From positions 1,088,001 through 1,152,000 of the forward strand of contig OZ252239.1 of assembly GCA_965249485.1 (NCBI GenBank): 64,000 nucleotides of DNA, written 5' to 3'. Numbering within the stretch: position 1 is the stretch's first letter; every line of letters begins with the position of its first letter. The position numbers and the translations under genes were made by a program. The stretch is from a bacterium (lineage in GTDB: Bacteria > SM23-31). Shown one piece after another: positions 43,113-53,070 of the stretch. The notes under the pieces were generated by a model. That model was not told the origin of the DNA, made no database searches, and worked only from the letters and a program-made list of their open reading frames with translations.

Positions 43113-43169
43113 GACACATAATATGTGTCATAGAACTCCAAATATACGGAATGGTGCTGCGTATGTCAA
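43113..43169 (-). promoter_or_regulatory. Sigma70 promoter plus downstream palindromic operator candidate for the amidohydrolase-sppA-SRAP unit
   Basis: Minus strand TTGACA-N17-TATATT (43169-43141); GACACATA-N-TATGTGTC at 43113-43129. Confidence 0.65.
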
Positions 43170-43354
43170 GGGAGAAGAGATTGAAGAATAGTAGGAGATA
43201 TAGGTGCGTGACTTCCAGCGATGCGGGACCACAGTACCTGAATTTGCATTATCCGGAATTTCTTCCCACGCAAGATACAGAGATTCGTCTTCGTCATTGC
43301 CAGTCAACCATATAATAATCGGATGTCCGTTAATAATTGATCAATTCCATGATT

Positions 43355-44065
43355 CTACACATAGGGGAGAGGATCGGAGACTCCAGCATTTTTGAAAGCA
43401 CGAAGGCGGAGTACACAGCTTTCACATTTACCGCACGCTTTTGTTGTGTTCTGGTAGCAAGACCAGGTGAGGTGGAGAGGGGCGTCGAGTTCAATGCCCT
43501 TCAGGATTATATCCTTTTTCTTTAAGTTGATGACAGGTGTGATGATGCGGATGGATGTTTCTGGTCTTGTCCCGGATTCGATTAAGGCTTCAAAGTTGTC
43601 ATAAAATTCTCTCCGGCAGTCAGGGTATCCCGAGCTGTCTTCCGATACTGCTCCGACAAAAAGCGCAGAAGCACCAGTCAGCTCAGCCCATGAAACTGCT
43701 CCGGCAAGAAAATGAGCATTACGGAATGGGACATAGGATGTTGGAATATCAGGGTGATCCGGATCAGCTTCAGATACCGGAATTGAAGGATCGGTCAGGC
43801 TCGAACCGCCGACCTGCTGAAGTGCAGGAATTCTACAGACAAATTTGTCGGAAATACCGTAATGGTCGGTGATCTCATTGAACGCCCGAAGCTCGCGTTC
43901 CTCTGTCCGCTGCCCATAAAGCGCATGGTATGCTGCAACCGTATAGTCCCGGCAGGCAAGTGCCAGAGTAACAAGGCTGTCCATACCACCGCTGACAAGT
44001 GCAATAGCGTGAGGTGTTGTATTCACTGCCTCAGTATTAACCGTGAAAAGTTGTAGGGAGTACAT
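43355..44065 (-). CDS. queC: 7-cyano-7-deazaguanine synthase
   Basis: SGGMDS, YGQR, YVPFRNA, GYPDCR, TWSCY, CGKCESC. Confidence 0.95.
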   Translation of the reverse strand: MYSLQLFTVNTEAVNTTPHAIALVSGGMDSLVTLALACRDYTVAAYHALYGQRTEERELRAFNEITDHYGISDKFVCRIPALQQVGGSSLTDPSIPVSEADPDHPDIPTSYVPFRNAHFLAGAVSWAELTGASALFVGAVSEDSSGYPDCRREFYDNFEALIESGTRPETSIRIITPVINLKKKDIILKGIELDAPLHLTWSCYQNTTKACGKCESCVLRLRAFKNAGVSDPLPYV

Positions 44066-44257
44066 GCCTTACCACTCCTGAAAATAACCATATTATTATC
44101 AGTAAGTGGGGTATAACGCGGTCGTGTTTATTACTATACACGAAACGACCGATATCTCAAAGTATTCGGCTTTAAAAAAGTTTAGCAGGCTTCAGCCGAT
44201 ATCATCGGCTATTCACAAGAATACTAAGCAGAGTGGTACTACATATAAAAACCGAAT

Positions 44258-44488
44258 CTATTCAATGATTTCCAGAACCATTTTTTTACCGCCTTTGGCA
44301 CCAACAGCACTCAACAGAATTCTGAGGGCTTCGGCAGTTCTTCCGCTCTTTCCTATGACCAGTCCAACTTCTTTTTTTGCAACTTTGAGTTTCATGATGT
44401 TCACACCATCACCTATAACTTCTGAGACCTCAACTTCTTCCGGAGTATCCACCAGATTTTTAGCTAATGTCTCTAAGAACTCTTTCAT
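44258..44488 (-). CDS. KH-domain RNA-binding protein (KhpA/YlqC family)
   Basis: LVDTPEEVEV, GLVIGKSGRTA, ends VLEIIE. Confidence 0.9.
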   Translation of the reverse strand: MKEFLETLAKNLVDTPEEVEVSEVIGDGVNIMKLKVAKKEVGLVIGKSGRTAEALRILLSAVGAKGGKKMVLEIIE

Positions 44489-44636
44489 TGCATTCCTTTC
44501 GTAAGGTTCTCAACACAACACTAAAACGTTAATTAAATGAAATGATCAAAAAATGAAGAATTTCTGCAATACGCGAAGAGTTTTTGAGACTAATCATACT
44601 TGTGTACAGACAATTGGCTGGATGTGTCTGCAATAG

Positions 44637-44709
44637 TGAGAGCGGAAGGAATCGAACCTTCGACCCACGGCTTAAAAGGCCGTTGCTCTACCAACTGAGC
44701 TACGCTCCC
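44637..44709 (-). tRNA. tRNA-Lys (anticodon TTT), CCA not encoded
   Basis: Reverse complement GGGAGCGTAGCTCAGTTGGTAGAGCAACGGCCTTTTAAGCCGTGGGTCGAAGGTTCGATTCCTTCCGCTCTCA. Confidence 0.96.
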
Positions 44710-44759
44710 GGTCGAGGGCGTGTAATATACCAATAATTTATTTTAAATCAACTCTTAAA

Positions 44760-46052
<1,293 letters not shown>

Positions 46053-46099
46053 TTATATAAAACATCCAATTAATAATCAAAATGATCTATTTTTGTGCC

Positions 46100-46126
46100 A
46101 AAAAAAATCCGGTCGATATGACCGGA
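46100..46126 (-). terminator. Intrinsic terminator in the purA 5' leader
   Basis: Minus strand TCCGGTC-atatc-GACCGGA followed by T8. Confidence 0.75.
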
Positions 46127-46175
46127 ACTGCGGAGGATTTGCGAATGGCATTTGACACCTTCGTTGCTATGTGAA

Positions 46176-46204
46176 AATATAGTGAACAGGTACTGTTTTG
46201 TCAA
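46176..46204 (-). promoter_or_regulatory. Sigma70 promoter upstream of purA
   Basis: Minus strand TTGACA-N17-TATATT. Confidence 0.75.
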
Positions 46205-46392
46205 GTTAATTTTATTAGTCAGCATTTAGAAATTCACCCGTTTTACAGATTCTGAAATTTTGGTGCAGTAGCAGGGGAGAACGGCAGATAAAATTTTTGA
46301 TTTTTTTTGTTACACCTTCTGTCCTTCTTGCTTTTTACCTGCCAGTACAATATATTTTATCAAACATATCTCTTGAATTTACAGGAGTACTT

Positions 46393-47049
46393 ATGAGCGC
46401 AAACAGTATTACTCTCATTCGAATCATGTTGTCGGTTGTTGTTGTCGTGATGTTCGGTATGAATTACGCATGGAGAATGGCGGCTGTGGTCCTGACGCTT
46501 ATTGTGTTCTATATGGATTCTCTCGACGGATATGTTGCCAGGAAACTCGGAGTTGCAAGCGACTTTGGAGCGTTGTTCGACATTACCGGCGATCGAATCG
46601 TTGAACATGTGTATTGGATATTTTTTACCGAGGTCGGTCTTGTATCAGTCTGGGTTCCGATTATCTTTATTGCGCGGAGCTTTCTTGTCGACACAATCAG
46701 AAATGTGGCATTTAGCAAAGAAGGCAAAACACCGTTCGGAGAGAAATCGATGATGCGTTCATCATTGACGCGCTATCTGACTTCGTCCCGGAGTATGCGC
46801 GGACTCTATGGATTTCTAAAAGTGTTTGTGTTTATGCTGTTAGGTGGCATTCTCATCTTAGAGACCAATCACCCATGGATTGTACGATGGACTTCACCTG
46901 AATTTCCGCACAACCTGACTGTGTTCACACATTGGATAGTCTGGATTACTGTTGCAATGAATCTCTTACGCGGTCTGCCGGTCATCTGGGACGGAAAATA
47001 TTATCTGTTTACCCGTGAATATCCACGTCAATTAAAGGATGCACATTAG
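46393..47049 (+). CDS. CDP-alcohol phosphatidyltransferase
   Basis: DSLDGYVARKLGVASDFGALFDITGD signature; SD AGGAG before ATG 46393. Confidence 0.9.
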   Translation: MSANSITLIRIMLSVVVVVMFGMNYAWRMAAVVLTLIVFYMDSLDGYVARKLGVASDFGALFDITGDRIVEHVYWIFFTEVGLVSVWVPIIFIARSFLVDTIRNVAFSKEGKTPFGEKSMMRSSLTRYLTSSRSMRGLYGFLKVFVFMLLGGILILETNHPWIVRWTSPEFPHNLTVFTHWIVWITVAMNLLRGLPVIWDGKYYLFTREYPRQLKDAH

Positions 47050-47052
47050 ACA

Positions 47053-47706
47053 ATGGCACGCTGGGCTGTTTTTGACATAGACGGAACGCTGCTTCCGGGC
47101 GCGTCGATTGAGTCGCGCTTTCTCACAAATTTTCGGAAGTTGCACCATATTCCCTACCGAAACCTCATCATCTATTTTCTGAAAGCGATGATCGATACGG
47201 TACAGGGCAAAGGGGGTGATGCATTTAAAAGCAATAAGATGTACCTGAAAGGCATTCCCTCAAAAAATGTAACAGAGTTTGCCGGAGAATTTTTTAAACA
47301 GAATATTATTCCTCTCCTTTCAAAGGAAGGAATAACTGCCATTGAAGCGTACCGGGCACAGGGATACAAAATAATGCTGATGAGCGGATCGTTAGATATT
47401 CTTGTTGAAAATCTGCGCGATGTGTGCCGCCCCGATCACATAGTGTGTTCTAAACTTGCAATCGAAAATGACAGGTTCACAGGAACTATACAGGGACTCC
47501 ACCCCTATGCAATGCGGAAGAAACAGATTCTTGAAGAGCTGGCAGGGCCACTTGAAATAGATTTTCAGCGGTCGATAGTTTTTGCAAATGACTCCACTGA
47601 TATGCATCACATGGAACTGTTTGGTGAAATTGTAGCGGTTAATCCGGCTCAGGAGCTTGCCGACACTGCCCGGCAAAAAGGGTGGAAAATTATGAAATGG
47701 AATTGA
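47053..47706 (+). CDS. HAD-IB family phosphatase
   Basis: FDIDGTL, LMSGS, VAVNP. Confidence 0.85.
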   Translation: MARWAVFDIDGTLLPGASIESRFLTNFRKLHHIPYRNLIIYFLKAMIDTVQGKGGDAFKSNKMYLKGIPSKNVTEFAGEFFKQNIIPLLSKEGITAIEAYRAQGYKIMLMSGSLDILVENLRDVCRPDHIVCSKLAIENDRFTGTIQGLHPYAMRKKQILEELAGPLEIDFQRSIVFANDSTDMHHMELFGEIVAVNPAQELADTARQKGWKIMKWN

Positions 47707-47716
47707 AAAGAAGCAG

Positions 47717-47887
47717 TTAAACAAATAAGTCGATTACTTGTCCGAGGATTCCCTGAGAATCAGCCTGGAGCTTTGCCGAAGTATTGAGTTCAGCGATGTC
47801 TTCCCGAAGTTGCGAATCCTGCTGTTGCGCCTGATTGAGAATCGAAAAAAGGGTATGACTATTGTGATTGATTGCTTGAGTATTCAT
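47717..47887 (-). CDS. 56-aa YjfB-like (putative motility) small protein
   Basis: MNTQAINH...ILNQAQQQ...GILGQVIDLFV; SD-like AAGGA upstream; sigma28-type promoter upstream. Confidence 0.6.
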   Translation of the reverse strand: MNTQAINHNSHTLFSILNQAQQQDSQLREDIAELNTSAKLQADSQGILGQVIDLFV

Positions 47888-47940
47888 GCGCGGAATCTTT
47901 CCTTGATGGTATTGATAGTTCGAGTTTCCTTTCATTCTAA

Positions 47941-47967
47941 TCATCGGCACCAATTGCCGATTCTTTA
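47941..47967 (-). promoter_or_regulatory. Sigma28-type promoter for the YjfB-like gene
   Basis: Minus strand TAAA-N15-GCCGATGA. Confidence 0.65.
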
Positions 47968-48148
47968 ACTGATCAATTGGACAGAATATAGTATAGTATT
48001 GTATAAAAAGTGTTTCGTAATAGTACAGGGTGTTACAAAATGGTGTGCCATTTTGTGATTGCAAATGTAACTGTACTTCCGTACTTTTAATTACTAATAC
48101 CGTCCGTTTTTTGTGCACAGCAAACCTTAAAGAGAACTTCGACTCCCC

Positions 48149-48691
48149 GTGAAACATAAAAAAGACACAGGGCTGATACTCGTCTATACCGGCAACGGTA
48201 AAGGGAAAACAACCGCAGCACTCGGCACCACAATCAGGGCAATAGGGTACGGCTGGAAAACATATATTCTGCAGTTCGTAAAAGGGAGCTGGCATTACGG
48301 CGAAATGGACGGAATAAAAGCGCTCGAACCGAATGTTGTTATGGAGCAGATGGGCAGGGGTTTTTACAAAATTCTCGACGACAACCTGCCTGAGGAAGAG
48401 CACAAAAAGGCCGCTCGTGCAGCCTTGAAACATGCTCGAGATGTCATGCAATCCGGCGATTATCAACTTGTTATTCTGGACGAATTGAACAATGCCGTCG
48501 ATCTCGACTTACTGCAAATAGAAGATGTAATAGCACTCCTCAAAGATAAGCCCGGTAAACTCAATGTTATTGTTACTGGCCGGAATGCGAAACCTGAATT
48601 AATAGAAATCGCCGATCTTGTTACGGAAATGAAGGAAATTAAACACCCGTTTCAGCAGGGATTAAAAGCCCGAAAAGGGATAGACTATTAA
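48149..48691 (+). CDS. cobO: Cob(I)yrinic acid a,c-diamide adenosyltransferase (CobO/BtuR)
   Basis: YTGNGKGKTTAA, QFVKG, ILDEL, TGRNA, ADLVTEM, KHPF, GIDY. Confidence 0.93.
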   Translation: MKHKKDTGLILVYTGNGKGKTTAALGTTIRAIGYGWKTYILQFVKGSWHYGEMDGIKALEPNVVMEQMGRGFYKILDDNLPEEEHKKAARAALKHARDVMQSGDYQLVILDELNNAVDLDLLQIEDVIALLKDKPGKLNVIVTGRNAKPELIEIADLVTEMKEIKHPFQQGLKARKGIDY

Positions 48692-48761
48692 CATCCTGTC
48701 ACATGGAAAAGAGGCCAGTTTGGGTCATGAAATATGTGTCTTAAAATGTTTGTATTTTATT

Positions 48762-48777
48762 TGGTACAGGATTTGCA
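48762..48777 (+). promoter_or_regulatory. Sigma54 promoter candidate upstream of the oxidoreductase
   Basis: TGGTACAGGATTTGCA with GG and GC 12 bp apart. Confidence 0.55.
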
Positions 48778-48823
48778 TTACTAGTAAGCGGGTGAATATG
48801 CTCGCAGCAAAGGATGCGGAATT

Positions 48824-49867
48824 GTGTCCAATAAAACGCAAGATGCCCGGATTTCTACAGGAATTGTCGGTGCCGGCGGTTGGGGAAAGAACCTTATCAG
48901 GACATTTTCTTCGCTGTCCCGCGCAAATCTAACGTATGTGTGCGATCTCAGTGAAGAGCGGCGTGAGACTGTTCGCCAGGGTTATCCGAACGTTTCAGTT
49001 ACGGATAATTTTGAAACTATCTTACATGACGATTCTGTTCAGGCTGTTGTCATAGCGACTCCGGCCGATACCCATTTTCAGTTTATACAACAATCGCTCG
49101 AAACGAACCGTCTCCATGTTTACACCGAAAAACCGCTTGCGCTGAGCACCAAAGAAGCGGAAAAACTTGTAGCAGCAGCACAAAAATCGGAATCAATTCT
49201 CATGGTGGGGCATCTGCTTTTGTACCACCCGGCTGTGAGGAAATTAAAGCAATTAATCGACAGCGGTGAACTCGGTGAAATTTACTGCATCTATGCGAAC
49301 CGTCTGAACCTCGGTGCGATCAGGAAAGTCGAAAATGCCTGGTGGAGTCTTACCCCGCACGATATATCGATATTGAATTACCTTCTGGACAGTGCACCGG
49401 AATCTGTTTCCGCACAGGGACAGTGCTTTATTCAGGAGGGCGTTGCCGATGTCGTTTTTGCGACGCTGAATTATCCGAACAACGCAATTGCCAATGTGCA
49501 TGTGAGTTGGCTCGATCCCCATAAAATGCGGAAAGTGACTATTGTCGGCAGTAAAAAAATGGTTATATTCGATGGTATGGAAGCAGTTGAAAAGGTAAAG
49601 ATTTACGACAAAAGCGTTGTGCCGCCAGACGTAAGCGACCCGGTCGTTTCGTATGACGATTTCTTTAGTACCCGTTCAGGAGATGTCTATATTCCGAGGA
49701 TCGATATGCACGAACCGCTCAAACTTGAGTGCGACCATTTCCTCGATTCTATCATAAACAGCACACAACCGCTGTCTGACGGCCGGAACGGCCTCGATGT
49801 CGTGAAAGTCCTGAGTGCCGGGGAAGAGTCGATGCAGTCACAGGGCAACCCGGTAATGCTAACATAA
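48824..49867 (+). CDS. Gfo/Idh/MocA NAD-dependent oxidoreductase (sugar-nucleotide dehydrogenase-like)
   Basis: VGAGGWG, IATPADTH, EKPLA, MVGH, PHDIS, VSWLDPHK, EPLKLEC. Confidence 0.88.
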   Translation: MSNKTQDARISTGIVGAGGWGKNLIRTFSSLSRANLTYVCDLSEERRETVRQGYPNVSVTDNFETILHDDSVQAVVIATPADTHFQFIQQSLETNRLHVYTEKPLALSTKEAEKLVAAAQKSESILMVGHLLLYHPAVRKLKQLIDSGELGEIYCIYANRLNLGAIRKVENAWWSLTPHDISILNYLLDSAPESVSAQGQCFIQEGVADVVFATLNYPNNAIANVHVSWLDPHKMRKVTIVGSKKMVIFDGMEAVEKVKIYDKSVVPPDVSDPVVSYDDFFSTRSGDVYIPRIDMHEPLKLECDHFLDSIINSTQPLSDGRNGLDVVKVLSAGEESMQSQGNPVMLT

Positions 49868-49896
49868 ATATTATTTGAGATACTATAATTACACAT

Positions 49897-49940
49897 AGAT
49901 TGCAACGCTGGCCTCACATGAGGCTGCGCTCGCAATGACG
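49897..49940. repeat. REP-like palindromic element (GTCATTGCGAG...GCAATCT type)
   Basis: AGATTGCAACGCTGGCCTCACATGAGGCTGCGCTCGCAATGACG folds into a hairpin; partial similar copy near 39128-39141. Confidence 0.5.
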
Positions 49941-50083
49941 TTTTTAAGTTTTTAGTCTTTAGTGAGGAGTATCGAATCTTTAGTGCGACTCCAACGTACG
50001 TTTGTAGCATTTTCACACTATAACACTGATAATTTTAAAAGGCTCCTGACCTAATTGGCTTTCCGGTCAGATACACTCATTGT

Positions 50084-52783
50084 ATGGCACAGAGTTTCTA
50101 TATTATTGACGGAACGGCGCTGGCTTACCGCTCATTCTTTGCGTTTATCCGGAATCCTCTCATCTCAGCGAAAGGCGAAAACACATCCGCTGCATTCGGA
50201 TTTGCATCCTCGCTCATGCGGCTGATTAAGGAAGAGAAGCCTGATTATCTTGTTGTGACCTTTGACAGCAAGGAGCCGACTTTCCGGCACGAGATGTACG
50301 ATGCGTACAAAGCAACGCGTGAAAAAATGCCCGACGATATGGTCGATTCGCTGCCACGTATCGATCAGGTGGTCGAGGCACTCAGAATAGCCTCATGCAG
50401 TGCGCCCGGCTATGAAGCTGATGACATTATGGGAACATTTGCCCAAAAAGGATACGAAGCCGGACTTGATGTGTTTCTCGTTACCGGTGATAAAGATCTT
50501 ATGCAGCTCGTGAACGACAAAATATCATGGTTTAATCTCAAGAAAACAGAGCAGGAGAATGAAATCCTCGATCCGGACGGCGTCAAAAATAAATTTGGTG
50601 TCCTGCCCGGACAGGTTATCGATGTCCTCGGATTGATGGGTGATTCATCCGACAATGTGCCGGGTGTGCCCGGTGTCGGCCCGAAAACGGCTGTGAAACT
50701 TATTGAAGAATTCAGTTCGATGGAAGGTGTCTACGAAAATATCGACTCGATCCCTAAAGCGGGACTAAAGGATAAGCTCCGCGAACATAAAGATCTGGCA
50801 ATCCTTTCTAAAAAGCTGGTAACGATCGACCGGAATATTCCCGTTGACTTTGATCTCGAATCGTTTGTCCTCCGGGAACCCGATGTCGAGAAAGCCGTAC
50901 CGCTTTTCAGGGAGCTCGAGTTTACCTCGCTCGTTGAGCAATTAGCCCCGGTTGCCAAAGCTCCGCCAAAAGCACGGAACTACATATCTGTGACCACATC
51001 AGCAGCGTTTGACAAACTGGTCGAAAATCTTTCGAAGAACAATTTTGTATTCGATCTTGAGACAACCGGACTCGATGCGGTAACCGCCGAGGTTGTGGGA
51101 TTTTCCTTTTCGTGGGTAGAAACGGAGGCGTATTATCTGCCGGTAGCTGCTCCCGAAATCGACCTGCCGTTTACACGTGATGAGGTCATCCGGAAGCTCA
51201 CCCCGATTTTTGAAGACGAATCGGTGAAAAAGTGTGCTCACAATGCCAAATACGACATCATGGTACTCGTTAAGTACGGTATCGATGTCGATGGCCTTGC
51301 ATTCGACACAATGATTGCCGGATTTCTGCTTGATCCGGACAAACGTCAGTATGGTCTCGATGCAATGAGTCAGGAGTTCCTGGACGTTACCAAAATTCCG
51401 ACATCCGAATTGATCGGTAAAGGAAAAGACCAGATCAGTATGCTGGAGGTGCCACTTGAGCAGATCGCGGATTATGCCTGTGAAGATGCCGACTGTACGT
51501 TTCAGCTCTGGAAACACCTCGAACCGGTTATGCAGGAAAAAGGGTTGGTAAAACTTTTTGACGAGATCGAAATACCCCTTATCCCGGTACTTGTTGCTAT
51601 GGAACTTGAAGGAATAACGATTGACGTTCCGTTCCTTTCCGAACTCTCGACGAGCATGCATGAAATGATGGAGCAGCTCACGAAAGAGATTTATGACGAC
51701 GCGGGGGAAGAGTTTAACATCGGTTCGCCGCAGCAGCTTGGAAAAATTCTCTTTGAAAAACTTGAAATCCAGAAAGAGCTTGGTATAAAACGGGTTAAAA
51801 AAACGAAAATAGGTTACTCGACCGATGTGTCGGTACTCGAGCAGTATCAGGGCCACCCGCTTGTCCGGCGGATTCTCGATTACCGGCAGCATGCAAAGCT
51901 TCTCTCGACCTATATCGACGCACTTCCGAAGCTGATCAATGAAACGACCGGCAGAATCCACACATCGTTCAATCAGACGGTCGCAGCAACAGGGCGGCTC
52001 TCTTCGATGAGCCCGAATCTCCAGAATATTCCCATAAGAACGGCGATGGGCCGGGAGATCAGGAAAGCGTTCGTTCCGAAAGATACATCGTGGCACATGC
52101 TTTCGGCAGACTATTCACAGATCGAACTCCGCCTTATGGCGCACCTCTCCGGGGATGAGAATATGCAGCAGGCGTTCGTGAACGGAGAAGATATCCATAC
52201 GAGAACGGCGGCGCTCGTTTTTGGTGTTGCGGACACAGAGATCGAGCCCGAAATGCGCTACAGGGCAAAAGCGATCAATTTTGGTATTCTTTACGGTATG
52301 AGTTCTTACCGGCTCGCACGGGAGTTGAGCATTTCTTTCGATGAAGCGCAGGAGTTTATCACATCGTACTTTTCCTATTTTCCCGAGGTGAACTCGTTCA
52401 TTCAGAACACCATTGGCCGTGCCTTTACCGACGGGTATGTTGCGACGATGTTCGGACGTAAGCGGTATCTCCCGGAACTGCACAGCGACAATCAGCGCAT
52501 CCGGCAAAACGCGCAGAACATTGCGATCAACACCCCGTTACAGGGGACAGCAGCGGAAATAATTAAACGGGCGATGATCAGTGTTGACGAATCGCTGAAA
52601 AAAGAAAAACTAAAGGCACGTATGCTGCTCCAGATTCATGACGAACTGGTTTTCGAAGCGCCGCAGGAAGAACTGCCGGAATTGGAGAAACTGGTCAGGA
52701 CTTGCATGGAAAAAACGGTCGATCTGTCTGTCCCGCTCGACGTCGACATCCACACTGGTGCCAACTGGTACGAAGCGCATTGA
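50084..52783 (+). CDS. polA: DNA polymerase I
   Basis: 5'-3' exonuclease (YEADD, GDSSDNVPGV), intact 3'-5' exonuclease motifs (FDLETT, HNAKYD, YACED), polymerase motifs DYSQIELR, KAINFGILYG, QIHDEL. Confidence 0.98.
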   Translation: MAQSFYIIDGTALAYRSFFAFIRNPLISAKGENTSAAFGFASSLMRLIKEEKPDYLVVTFDSKEPTFRHEMYDAYKATREKMPDDMVDSLPRIDQVVEALRIASCSAPGYEADDIMGTFAQKGYEAGLDVFLVTGDKDLMQLVNDKISWFNLKKTEQENEILDPDGVKNKFGVLPGQVIDVLGLMGDSSDNVPGVPGVGPKTAVKLIEEFSSMEGVYENIDSIPKAGLKDKLREHKDLAILSKKLVTIDRNIPVDFDLESFVLREPDVEKAVPLFRELEFTSLVEQLAPVAKAPPKARNYISVTTSAAFDKLVENLSKNNFVFDLETTGLDAVTAEVVGFSFSWVETEAYYLPVAAPEIDLPFTRDEVIRKLTPIFEDESVKKCAHNAKYDIMVLVKYGIDVDGLAFDTMIAGFLLDPDKRQYGLDAMSQEFLDVTKIPTSELIGKGKDQISMLEVPLEQIADYACEDADCTFQLWKHLEPVMQEKGLVKLFDEIEIPLIPVLVAMELEGITIDVPFLSELSTSMHEMMEQLTKEIYDDAGEEFNIGSPQQLGKILFEKLEIQKELGIKRVKKTKIGYSTDVSVLEQYQGHPLVRRILDYRQHAKLLSTYIDALPKLINETTGRIHTSFNQTVAATGRLSSMSPNLQNIPIRTAMGREIRKAFVPKDTSWHMLSADYSQIELRLMAHLSGDENMQQAFVNGEDIHTRTAALVFGVADTEIEPEMRYRAKAINFGILYGMSSYRLARELSISFDEAQEFITSYFSYFPEVNSFIQNTIGRAFTDGYVATMFGRKRYLPELHSDNQRIRQNAQNIAINTPLQGTAAEIIKRAMISVDESLKKEKLKARMLLQIHDELVFEAPQEELPELEKLVRTCMEKTVDLSVPLDVDIHTGANWYEAH

Positions 52784-53015
52784 GTACGTCAATGATGAAT
52801 TGTAGTTTTAATAATTAAAACAGAAAAGAATAGAACAACACGAGGTCTAAAATTTGCCTGACTAATGGCCTATAAAAATGTAATTTATACTATACGCATA
52901 AGTCTTGAAATAATACCATTAGGTATTACCTCTTCTTGCGTAAGTGAAAAGAAATTCAAACAGCTCTGCCTCTCAAGCATTCTTTTATTCTCCGACACGA
53001 AAGAGTATCAAAAAC

Positions 53016-53070
53016 TGTGACATAGATCACAATTACCGGAGAAAAGTCTCTCAATGTGATAAGGCTCACT
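53016..53070 (+). promoter_or_regulatory. Two CRP-family binding boxes upstream of the giant gene
   Basis: TGTGA-catagA-TCACA (53016-53031) and TGTGA-taaggc-TCACT (53055-53070). Confidence 0.72.

Noticed and set aside
44066..44257. preQ1 riboswitch upstream of queC
   Set aside because: Hairpins exist, but I find no preQ1-I stem-loop with the A-rich tail on the minus strand.
48034..48050. Sigma54 promoter on the minus strand (TGGCAC...)
   Set aside because: No GC at the -12 position.
47968..48148. Cobalamin riboswitch upstream of cobO
   Set aside because: No B12-box or GGGAA/GCCACTG-type core visible; the region is short and AT-rich.
47888..48466. 249-aa minus-strand ORF 47717-48466
   Set aside because: The upstream part is antisense to cobO and crosses promoter DNA; only the last 56 codons look like a real gene.
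50999..52096. 365-aa antisense ORF and similar shadow ORFs (e.g. 2116-2751, 21642-22310, 44967-45566)
   Set aside because: They lie opposite well-supported genes and have no protein-like motifs.
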